Positions 40,270-52,358 of a stretch of 64,000 nt of DNA are shown here, one piece after another. A program made the position numbers and the translations under genes. The DNA lies in the NCBI RefSeq assembly GCF_022045235.1, contig NW_027266341.1, positions 14,694,001 to 14,758,000 of the forward strand, written 5' to 3'. This DNA comes from Haliotis cracherodii (lineage: Eukaryota). Under the pieces are notes generated by a model. That model worked only from the letters and a program-made list of their open reading frames with translations. It was not told the DNA's origin and did not search any database. The number at the start of each line of letters is the position of its first letter. Within the stretch, counting starts at the first letter, position 1.

Positions 40270-43200
40270 CTCAATGGTTGACCTCGGCCTCAAGAGTTAT
40301 TGGTTCAATGGCATTTCTCCGTAACAGCAAGCTGACTTAATGTTACTGAACTATTGTCTGATTATAAAACATTATCTCTGAGTGTGAAAATATGTCATGA
40401 TCAACTTATTGGTGTATATATCTGACTATAGAAAAGCACATTTCCTATATATGCATCTTGATGCATCTGTTCCACAGCATATCATTTTCAGCAGGCATTT
40501 TTACATGGTTTACAAATTACGCCATTCCAAAATGTTGAGAAGTTTTGGAAATCTAATATTTTTCTTTCCTTCGATGTTGGAATGTCGGCCATAAAAAAAT
40601 CACACACATCAAATTTGGCCAATAACAGAATGAAAGACAGAAAAAACCGTTTATATTTGTTGTTTTCATTGATATTGTTACAAGTGTTGATTTGATGTTA
40701 CAATCATATTATTATTTTGTAAAATGTAGTCAGTTCAGTTTGGTGTGTCATAAAAGAGAAAAAGATTATTCTTGTTTGTGTTTTCTTCGTTTAAAATACA
40801 AGTTTGCAGACGACTATATAATATACCTGTCTCACTTGAATATATATGTTTTGTCTGTGTATATTCACGGGTTGTTCAAGGAAGCCAGGTGTATTATATA
40901 GGAGTTCTTTTGTTTATGAATCACGATCGAATAGTGTCGTTAGCATGTGTTTATGAAAAGGATATCGCATCCTGTCTCACCGCTGACACTATCACAAACA
41001 CACGCAAAGGCAAGTCAATTGTTCACTGAAAAGAAACACTTGAATGAGTGAGTTGGGTTCAATGCCGTTTTTAACAGTATTCCAGTTAAATCGCGGTGTG
41101 TCAGCTTAATGGGGGAGGAAAGCCCCAAGTGATGCAGGTCTCAGACGTTTACCACTTCGGTGACACCTACGAGCACGGGTTTGGTGCTGACAAACCTAAA
41201 AACATAATCGGGGCGAACCGAGAATCGAACCCACAATCAGAGGTTTCTTGCGTGTTCAAGCAAGGCAACTCTGCACAGCGAATCACGGCGCCTTCGACGA
41301 CTGGGCCACGGTGCCCCCAGAAACATTTGAACATACAGTACAAGTTAGAATTAGTAAATTACATCGGACATCATTTTTTGTCACTGATGCGTCAATTTGG
41401 ATATGTCCTCAACATAAGTCATCCCTCATGCCATACAGTCTTCATCTTCCCGAGGCAAGGAGTTGACTGACTTTAAAAGTCCAGTTTCCATCCTTGCCGA
41501 ACTAGGCTTGAATTCGTGGGCTCGATCGTAGCACCACCATTTCCAAGGACACATTGCACTTTGGGGCATTCACAGATACAGATGTGTCAAGTGTATTATC
41601 ATATATACAATATATACAGTATCTTATGTTTACTATGACAAATATTTGTTGTTGTAAATGATGAATGTGAAATGGAAAAAAGCACTCCGAGTAGCATTAT
41701 TTTCGTTTCTCGAAATAAGAAAATTCAATGTTTATCCATGTTTATTAAATGCCGCTGTTGTCAATAGCAAGAAGACCGGATTCATCACGATTCAAACTCG
41801 GGCATCCCGTGGGATAGAGAATATAACAAGTATATTACAAATAATTAGATTTGGAAAAGTAGGTAATGAGTAGTCAGTGGTTGGGGAAAAAGTGATAAAT
41901 TGGAAATGATTTATAGAAACGTTTTTATGTATTTAGACCCCACCGAGAAGGTTAGACTTGATCAAGAAGCTGCCTAGCTAGAGAAACATTGTTGGACATT
42001 TTTCTTACGTGAGTCTAAATCAACTATGTTTGCAACAAATCAACGCTCTTTGTTTAATTCCGGTAAGTTAAAACTTCCTAATTTGCCTGGCGATCACGTG
42101 TCTCTGTAAGGCTCTGATTGGCTCGCTGGCCAAATGAACTCACTGTAGCTTCATTATAATGCTTCTTTGTGTCTATGTCAACTGCTATAGTAACCCGGCA
42201 AGTGGGCTCTGTCCAGCCGTGCAGCTCGTGTTTATCTCGCTGAATATTTCAGAGTCAGTGTCTGTGGCGAAGTGCACAGGTTCATTCGCAAGATGGTGAC
42301 CAACTGTGTTTCACAAATCCCCATTTGGGACGTCGAGCGTTTCTCGAAATCATGCACGCAGATGTCTTGCTAAATCCGGATGAAGAGTCTAAAGTAAATG
42401 ATTCAGAGTTAAACAAATTAGATGTGTTATTACATTGTCTGCATGAGCGTACACATTGATTTACATCCCAGTTTATGTCATTATGTTTTATTACAATATC
42501 CATAAACAAATACAGACTCAAACTGTGAAGGTGTATACATCTAGCTGGTCCGTCTTGGGAGAAACTTTCTGCGTAGAGTTGAATGTCAATTCCCATGTCT
42601 TTCTGTATGCTGTCAGTGTTCAGGTAAGGTAAATGCGTTCTTAGTGTTAGGCGGATAATAGGCATACAATAAAATTGAGGGGTTATTCACATAGGTCGGA
42701 CCATTTCAAGTGTAATTGAAAATACATCACTTTCAGCCATAAATCCTTTTTCAATCATTGAAACATCCACTGAGAAAGGTACAGTCTCGATGGATGAGGT
42801 TTTACGGTACAGCAAACAACTTTAAAACACTAAATCTTCGCCAAATATACCTTTCATAGAAAGTTGAATACACTCAATGTAATGTAACAGTCTTGTGATA
42901 TTTACCTAATTTTATCTACCGTGCATGAGTGTAAGAAGATCTGAGATATGTTAAGTAATAATACAAGAGCTGTTAAACCATAGTTTTTAATGTACCGAGC
43001 TGTGGTGCCCTATAATATACGGTGGGTCTATGGTCTACATCAGTACTGAATGTAAAGTTTACAGAAATAGAACACAGTGACTCTGCTTTCCGTCCACTCG
43101 TGAACAAAGGAGAACTGTTTATGGTAAGCCTGGTAAGCCTGGTAAGCCTTGAGTGGGTGTGCCAGCTGTAGGTGAGGACATGTTCTTTATCAGAACACAT

Positions 43201-45867
43201 GATATGAAAGTGTCTCAAACATGCAGACACCTTTCAAAACAGCATTTTTTTCCCATTATGACACGGCACATGCCGAATCACAAAGCCTGGCTGCCCCATC
43301 CTCAAAGTCAACTTTACGGCATTGTGAACCACAAAACAGGGGGACCTTATGATGAAAGCTTCATTGAAGAGTATTCCTGTGGTATCACGGCGTAGCTTAG
43401 GCGTTTACCGGTTTAGAGAAATCTACGACGACGGGTATTGTTATGACAAACCAAGGATCATAATCAGAGCGAAACGAAAAGTCGAACTTAGGAACTCGCC
43501 TAGAGATGCAAATTAGACTAAGACGACAGGGCCACGCGAATCTCCTTATTCACATTATGTATATATGTTTACAAATATGTCTTAAAAGTTAATTTGTTAA
43601 GAACATGTAATATTAAGTTTCGCCTGGGCATAAAAAGATTGTTCCTTTTATCTGTTAACATAGAAACTGCTGATAAACACAAAATGACACTTTGACAATG
43701 TTCAGTACATATAGGTGCATTTTCAACCCTTGTGGTTATATGTTTTGTTGTTTGTTGTTTAACGCCGCACTCAGCAATATTTCAGCTATATGATTGGTGT
43801 CTGTGAATAATCGAGTCTGAACCAGTGATTGACACCATGAGCACCAATCCACACAATTGGGATACAATGACATGCATCAACCAAGTCAGCGAGCCTAACC
43901 ACCTCATCCCGTTAGTCGCCTCTTTCAACAAGCAAAGTCGCCTTTTTCGGCAAGCACGGGTTGCTGAAGACCTATTCTACCCCGACACTTCACGGGTCTG
44001 GTGCTATGTGTATAGGAAGTTAAGGTATTGGTTGTACAGTTTGGCATCTCGTTATAATATGTCTAAATCGCATTTGAAATATACGAGTATGATAGAGAGT
44101 AATTCTGTATACAGATATTGTTATAGAGAAGCACAGAGGATGTGTTGGATGAATACAAACATATGAATGTAGTTCTAATGTTTGGTCACGAGATACTTTT
44201 GTTGGTTGGTTGGTTTGTTGTTTTACGCCGCACTCAGCAATATTCCAGCTATATGTCGGTGGTCTGTAAATAATCGAGTCTGGACCAGACAATCCAGTGA
44301 TTGACACCATGAGAATCGATCCACGCCATTGGGATCGATGACATCGCTGACTTGGTTGATGCATGTCGTCGTATCCATATTGCGCCTATCGATGCTCATG
44401 ATGTCAATCACTGGATTGTCTGGTTCAGACTCGATTATTTACAGGCCGCCGTCATAAAGCTGGAATATTCGATGACATGCGTCAACCAAGTCAGCAATCC
44501 TGACCACCCAATCCCGTTAGTCGCCTCTTACGACATCATAGTCGCCTTTTACGGCAAGCATGGGTTGCTGAAGATCTATTCTACCCCGGATCTTCACGGG
44601 TCTGATATACCATGAATAAGAATATACTATGAATAAGGATAAAATGTACAGTACTCATCTCTAAGTGTGTCAGTGGTAACACGTATGTAAGAACATATTA
44701 CAAAATATGACATGGGCATGCGTGCTAAAATGTGATTGGTTGAAAACAGTTAAACGAAAAAGGTAAACAGGCAATCTGAGCAAATAATTCAAAACGTACT
44801 TTGTCTGCTGACTTAAATACAAACCATATACATCGAAATATGAGTTCTTAATACCGTGATTACACAGCGACAATGTCTCAATTTCACACATTTCAGCAAT
44901 AACAATGTATGGGCTGGAAATGACTATATACGGCGGACTATTTTACTAACCTTTAAATACGCAAATACGTGAGCAGGAACCAAAATATAAGGTACCGTTT
45001 TATTTAACAATTCATTGTGTTCTCTTTAATCAGCGATTTTCAATCACATAAAATGTCTTGAAACACCTAAAAAATGAATGTCACGGTTAAGAAAAGTGAA
45101 ACATGTTTATCAAATTCTTCTTGAATATATTTAGTTATTCGTGTCAAAATAAATTCCAGGCTCATACATACGCGAAGGGTTGTGGTGAGACTTAAATGTC
45201 AAGAAAATTTGTCCCGCAATACTAGAAACTACACCTGCAGGACACAGCAGATTTGCCTAATATTAAAACATTAATATCATACCATTACCTTGAAAAGTCA
45301 TGTCTCATATCAATTTAGTAATGAAAGTCTATTACTCCACTTCGTGAATACATTGTGCTACAGGCCCGTGGCCCCCTAAGTACGGGCATAAATAAATAAT
45401 TGATCAGTTTCGTATGTTTTGGAGGACATTTTCATATGAGAAAAATGAAGGCATGTACCAATAACGTTTGCTCTTTATACTAAAACAGATAAAGGAAACC
45501 TATAGGAAAACAAAAGTAGACCTTTAACAGCGATGAAGTCTTATACATGGGTAATTTAAAATATCATTATTGAGTAAAATATATTCAACTTGTTAACAAA
45601 CTACGAATTCCTTATGTCACATCAAGTCAGCCCTGTTCTAAATCTATCAAGTCGTGCACGAATACAGCGAATCTAAAAATAGAACTAGGCGGATCGGATC
45701 TTATTATTATGTTTTTATACGGGTGTATAAGCAGAATATATTATCTTACAAAAGGTCACCATGTTATTAATATATCAAATCGTAGTCCTTCATAATCTAA
45801 AAATAGAACTAGAGACGTTTTCGCTTGATCATTATGTCTTGTCGGGCTTTGAGACGCAACTGCGCGC

Positions 45868-46060
45868 ATGACTAACCTACCTATTTAATGAGCGTTGACG
45901 TGACAGACTAAAAATAACTCCTAGGCCGCGCACCATCAATAAAGTCGAGTGCTACCCGGATGTCACAACCAGAAGTCAAATGCTACCCGGATGTCACAAC
46001 CAGGAAGTTTCCAAGCCATTGGTGGAATCCTTCTCTTGGGTGGTTCCACAGACTATATAA
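45868..46060 (+). promoter_or_regulatory. Proximal promoter of copy 4
   Basis: Same motif set as copy 2; the kB-like core GGAAGTTTCC is retained. Confidence 0.55.
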
Positions 46061-46159
46061 GATGTAGGGAGGACGAAGCAGCAAACGTCTCCAAGACTGC
46101 AAGACAACTCAACCGTAAGCTGACGCGCCGGCATCCACGAACAAGCCAGGATCATCAAG

Positions 46160-49124
46160 ATGAATCTCAAAATGGTAAGTCAAATTTGTTTGGTTTTCAT
46201 TTCGCATTGAGTTGTATTATAGCATTATATCATTGTAAAAATTCGCTTCGAAAGAAATATTTTTCAAGAATTTAGTCAACATTGTACAATTGTCATGTCG
46301 CATTGACTTGACACGTTTAGATGAAATTGTTGTGACAAATATGATTGATTAAAGTAGGAATTTGGCAAATGTAAAAGTTGCAAATATCCTAAATTGGTAT
46401 TTTTACTTTTTTTAGACACAACCTTGAGAAAACGTTAAATCAGTTAATATTCCAGAAATGTGTGATAAAATTACATTAATTTAAACCTGAACGCGTCTAA
46501 TGCATGTCTAATATTTCAATAAGTTTCTTAATACGGTAAATAATGGTTTCGGTACATATTCGAATTTGATTTGATTTCATTACCTATTTCCAGATTGTCT
46601 ACCTATTAAGTGCATGTGTACTGATCAGTGCTGTGGCTGGACAATGCCCGGCTCCTGATGACAACGCATTGAATTTGGAGCCCAACACCACCCTAGCTGT
46701 CATACGGTCATACGCTTCTCTCAGGTGAGTTCATGATTGGAAATACTACAGCAATGATGACACCAGGTTTTCGCTTAACTTTGCGCGTCCTACATCATAA
46801 CGTATCCACGAGTGACATAAGTTCTTGTAACAGTGTCATTTTAATACTTTGAAGAATTAACAAAATAAAGCATAGAAAATGAAGTCTTTGAAAGGCATTT
46901 TGAAGTGATACACATAAGGTGAGTTCATGATTGGAAATACTATAGCAATGACACCTGGTGTTCGCTTAACTTTGCGATCTAACATCGATCGACATAAGTT
47001 GTTTTAACAGTGTTACTTCAATATTTTGAAGAATAAAACAAATTCAAAATCGAAAATGAAACCTACATGAATTACTAAACTGCCTGACAAATGAAAGTAT
47101 ACACCCTTGTTTGATGGTGGCTGACCATAAAACAAACCCAATAAATGGTTACTAGTATTCGATGGGGATGTATTTGATACGTGTGTCATAGTTGTGTTTT
47201 GGAACTTAAGTTTGCAATGTGTCAAGGACTATTTTCAGCTGAGTAACGTTTTGATAACGTTTGTAATTACTTTTAGATCCGTGTATACTTCTTTTGCCCC
47301 ACAGTTTATTTATATAAAGTCATCCTGTATTTCCAGACGACGTATATCAGCGTCTGCAACAGATCGACAGAGCCAGATGTTTCTCAGTGGTCTTGAGAAC
47401 AGCAAATGCGCGGAGCCCAGGACAGTCCCTGAAGACAATCCCGACATCATATCAAGGTATACAAATAATACATATAAATGAAGAATAAATATAATTATCA
47501 TGAATGAATTACATTTATGATCCTGACGAATGAATCATTACCTATCATTAATTGTTCATGATTTATTGTTTGGTTCTACTTCCTTTTCTCGATTCCTGCA
47601 GGTCGAATTCCAAGCCGCTGTTTGAGGTCAGTCTCGCCGCCAGTGCATGTGAGCCATGTCCCCCAAGGGTTAATTTCCTCGGCCGCTTCTACGGCAGCTG
47701 CTACGTCATCAAACCCAGCGAGCAGCAAGTCAGATACGTCTCCTGCGGGTGAGTTTACACGGGATCGTCAAACTACAGCCAGCTGACATAAATATTTGTC
47801 ACTTTCAATATGGCGGCCGTTTGTTTACAAAATTTCGCTTCTTTGAAGAATCGAATTTTGAAAGATATTTTTAATGACCCACATTAAAACGTGGTCCGAT
47901 TCCTCTTCATACGAATCACTTCAAGAATCCTAGCTGGAATACAATTCAATTGGCGAATATACTCCAAACCATTATTGGTCCAAATGTCATTGATAGTCGT
48001 GAAAACTTCAGCGCGGTAACCGATAGTTTCAGCCCGTTTGAAGACCTCTTTCGATTTTTGTTTGTTTTATTGACGTTATTGACGTTTAACGCCGCACTCA
48101 GGTAACATGCCGGCTATTTGACGGCGGTCTTTTGATTTTTAACCAAATGTTCTCAATGATATTGAGATCCGGAGACTGTGCCGGCCATTCCGTCACATTG
48201 ACATTATTACTTTCGATGTACGCTTTCACAGCGCGTGCCTGCTGAATGGGAGCACGTACGGATGATGTAAAAACAGGTCCGAGATTATTGTCAATATATT
48301 TCAGAGGTGTTTCGACACCTTCATAACATACTCAAGGCCTGTAAAAGTTCCGTCTTATCTCTAATCTCGTTACAAATTTCCCGCCGAACACTCTCGCCCA
48401 TGTTTTCTAATTATACTGTTGATGGTTGTCCTAGGTATTTTTCTTGCCAAGTCAGAGTGATTTCCAATATGTTTTGATTCTAATACAATATTTCTCACAG
48501 CCCAATTCATCTGATTTTCGACCTGTAATTCCCGCGACTGACCGTGCAATAACTTGGGCAAGCAGACGACATCAGCTGGCTGTCACGTGACTTGCCATTC
48601 TTTATATAGCACACAAGATTCAGCTGGGATGTCTTTCCGCTTCAGTAAAGGAATGTTTCGTCACACGTTCTGCTTAGTGATTTGCAAAGAGACGAATATT
48701 TAAGTCCAGTAACTGTAGCTCAAATATTTACAGATGGGTAAAGTGATTTGTTTGAAAAGAGAATTTGCTCTAGGGAAAATATAACTTGACATGACGTATT
48801 ACTGAAATATGAATCGTTCGCTGGACATGCTGGATGTCCTGAAGAAAGAGTGAAAAAAGTTAAATTGTGCGGCTCCTCCTTTCAAAGAAAATACATGCGT
48901 GTTTCCAGGCAATTATCTGTAAGTTTGAATTAAGCTGATACTTTTCTCTCCACAGCAAAACATGCAAGCAGCCGTGTATGTGTTCCCGGAGCTACTGCCA
49001 GAGAACTCACTACACCAAGGTCTGGTTCCTATCTTACTGTACAAGAAGGATCGGCGGTTTCCAGAGCGGTTTGAACTTCCGTTTCCTGTGGCTCCCACAA
49101 GACTGTGCGTGCAGAAACTATTAA
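46160..49124 (+). CDS. Spaetzle-like cystine-knot prepro-protein, copy 4 (193 aa)
   Basis: Exons 46160-46174, 46594-46724, 47337-47456, 47602-47748, 48956-49124. Intact; shorter, diverged intron 4; AATAAA at ~49325. Confidence 0.85.
47776..48715 (-). mobile_element. Same Tc1 relic in intron 4 of copy 4: internally deleted, diverged, lacking the nested SINE-C/SINE-A pair
   Basis: Same TIRs and site. ORF 48370-48561 contains the HTH remnant DLARKIPRTTINSIIRKHGR; WPAQSPDLNIIENIW is at ~48190-48140. Confidence 0.85.
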
Positions 49125-52121
49125 CTCAATGGTTGACCTCGGCCTCAAGAGTCATTGGTTCAATGGCATTTCTCCGTAACAGCAAGCTGACTTAATGTTT
49201 CTGAACTATTATCTGTTTATAAAACATTATCTCTGAGTGTGAAAATATGTCAGCTTATTTGTGTATATATCTGACTATACAAAAGCACGGAATTTCGGCC
49301 ATAAAAAACAAACAAAACACACACAATAAAAATCGTTTTTATTTTTTGTTTTTTATTCATATTGTTACAAGTGCTGATGTGATGTTACAATCATCTTATT
49401 TTGTAGAATGTAGTCAATTCAATTTGGTTTATAATAAAACAGAAAAAGATTATTCCTGTTTGTGTCTTCGTCGTTTACTATACAAGTTTGTGCACGCCTA
49501 TATAATAAACCTGGCTTAGTCGAAACTATTTATAATATAAATCTTGCGTGTGAACATACAAGGTTTATTATCTGGGATATGTCCTCCACATGCCTACCAC
49601 AAAACTTCTTGAAAACTTTACTTAAAGGCCTTGGAAGCTGTTATACCGTGATCAGAAACCTTTTGAGAAAGAGCCGTTTGAGACTCTTCGTAGAAAGTGT
49701 AAGCTCGATTGTGCTTCAAAAGTTTAAACACCAAAGGCTGAAACTGCTGGAACATTGCTCGATATAAAGGAGCCATCCCTCTTGTTATAGTCTTGTCATT
49801 CTGGTATATGTTTCTAGATGAACATGTTAGGGCTCAATCACACATTCAGGACGTTTACTGATGTCCTTGACAGGACCATTCCCGATTAAAATTTGTGAAA
49901 AGTCTGATCAAGATCCTGTGATTCGTGGTGGGGAAATTCTCAAACTATGAGATATTGTTCAGGAAGCGTCCCGATTCAGCCGTTTCCAACCGCATTCGTC
50001 CCGATTCTCCCGTTCTCAATCCGAATCTGATCCGATTTGTATCTTCCGCATGGTAAGAAAACTGTCCCGATTCTCCCGAATACGATCCAACAGAGATCGA
50101 TCCGACAGTGACCGGACAGTGAATCGACAAAATCGGTTCGCATTCGGCAAGATCTGGACGCAATCTGGACCCAGAAACGGCAATGAACAATTTATGCCCG
50201 TTCATTACAACAGCGTCCAGATCCACAGGACATCGTCCAGACAACACAGGACATTGTAACGATTTTGATCCGATAAAGCAGATTCTGTCATGACATAGTC
50301 ACGATTGTAATCCAACTTGACAAAATCGGCTTTCCCGAATGTTATGGGAGCAGTTTATCACACAGCAAACGGGGAGAACAACTTGCATTGGACAACGTTG
50401 TATCGCGTATCGATCCCTAGATATAAAATACTTTACATTTCACCCAAGTGCTGCAACTGCTATGATCCCGAGCATTATTTAACATGTTAAGATTGCGATA
50501 ATTTCAGACATAGTGTAACAGAATGTGAATGGGCTAAACAATTTGAGCGGTCTAAAATATAATGCACTGAGGAAACTGCTGAAGTCTACGCAGATCGAGG
50601 ATACAAAACCCCTTTTAATTAGAACACCAATTATTTATAGTTCGTACCGCGCAATGTTTGAAATAGGTGATTCGTCTATTCTTGCATATTTGTAAACGGT
50701 GTTTGCTTTCAAGCATGTTATTACAAATTGGTTGAATGTGCATTCTGTATAATAGCCTCGAGTTAATTGTACATTTATATTTTTATCACACAAAGATCTT
50801 TTCGAAATTTATCACTACACGCAGAGTAAAACTGCAAAGCAAATTCTAACAGTCTCCCACGCTGAAGGTCAGAGTATTAAACACACTTATGTTAAACCTT
50901 GTATGTACGGGCACTAGTTTGACAAAGGCAAGGTACAAATTATTAGCGTTGGCACTACAACAGAATCCTGATATAGATACATGTTTAACGTTCCTGTTTT
51001 AAATTCTTAATCAATAAAAATTGTAACTGACAAAATCTTGTCCATGAAAATACATCAGCGAACATTCAAATGACGTAGATGGTTACGTATGCTCCAAATA
51101 ATACAAGATCGGAAATAAAGGAATATACTTTTCTAGAGACCCACTGTTCAGAAAAATTAGATTTGCAGTTTCAGTTGAGGATTTGAAACAGGAATCTGAC
51201 AAACGTATTTAAAAATCAAACTGAAACGTTTACAGAACGCTAAAAGCGACTATGTGTCCTTCAAAGTAACATACACGTTTTGAATTTAAGTACAAGAAAC
51301 AATGTAATGAACCATCCTCTTGACGTAAGTCTTGTATTTCTGGTTAACCTTGTTTCAAATACATTCTCGCGTCACGTTATCCTTTACAATCTCACTATAG
51401 TTAATAAAGTAAGTGAGTTTGGATTAAGCCGCTCTAATCAGTATTTCAGATATATTTAGGCGTGTCAGCTACAAGTATATGCGAAAGAAAAGCCCGACGT
51501 GGAGCAGGTCATTGACGTTTGCCACACTGATTTAACCCATGAGCACGGGATTGGCGCTGAAAGCCAATACTTTTAATCAGGCCGAATCTGGGATTTGAAC
51601 CCATGATCAAAGATTCTCGTACACCTATGGGACGTAACTCTGTACGACGCCTGACACGATTGGACCATCTACCTAATGTTGAGCGGCATGACTTCTCTCC
51701 CGGTATTGTCACTTTGAAGGACTTATATTAATATGAACTGATAACATTGAAAACAAACTGGATTGTTTACCAATATAAGTCATCGAGAAAGAAGTTACAT
51801 GGGATAAAGTTACCTATTTCATAACGAGTTGAAAAAATATTTTGGCCAATACTGGAACAGTATGGGGTACTGAACAGTCGACAATATGGCCAAAAATTAA
51901 CAACTGCTACTTAATTTAAATTACCATATTATTTGTATTGAGGTCGTTTTAAAAAACGTTTAACAGTACAAAAAATTCCGTTACATCACAGTGCGACAGC
52001 TCAATGCAGGAGGAAAGCAAAACGTTACGCAATTCGGAGACATTTATGACCTTAGTGCAACTTTTGACGTGGGAACATCATAATCGAACACAGGTACTTC
52101 ATTTCTTTTAAAAACACAGGA

Positions 52122-52271
52122 GGGGCGGTCGGGTAGCCTAGTGGTTAAAGCGTTCGCTCGTCACGCCTAAGACCCGGGTTCGATTCCCGACATGGGTACA
52201 TTGTGTGAAGCCCATTTCTGGTGTCCCCCGCCGTGATATTGCTGGAATATAGCTAAAAGCGGCGTAAAACC
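52122..52271 (+). mobile_element. SINE family A copy just downstream of the vWA gene stop
   Basis: GGGGCGGTCGGGTAGCCTAGTGGTTAAAGCG...GGTTCGATTCCC...GGCGTAAAACC. Confidence 0.9.
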
Positions 52272-52358
52272 GGTGTATAGATCTTATAAATACAAAACTT
52301 CTAAAAACTATTTTGACTTTGCATGTTTATTTCTTTGACACAGCTACAGGTAGTTGAT

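Larger units (their letters stand above)
13678..49515 (+). repeat. Tandem segmental duplication, four units of ~9.2-9.6 kb, one gene each
   Basis: Units start at CATTTCCAAGGACACATTGC (13678, 22531, ~32122, ~41538). ATG-to-ATG distances are 9243, 9601 and 9495 nt. Homology of the last unit fades at ~49515. Confidence 0.97.

Noticed and set aside
48222-48255. Possible 24-nt in-frame microexon (GACLLNGS) in intron 4
   Set aside because: It is the antisense of the Tc1 D.APVQRAR motif, and copies 1-3 have no donor in the required phase.
13678-49515. The array as a pure assembly artefact
   Set aside because: Each unit has private SNPs, indels and TE insertions, there are no gaps inside, and the end copies have distinct diverged flanks. 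The exact copy number still needs long-read confirmation.
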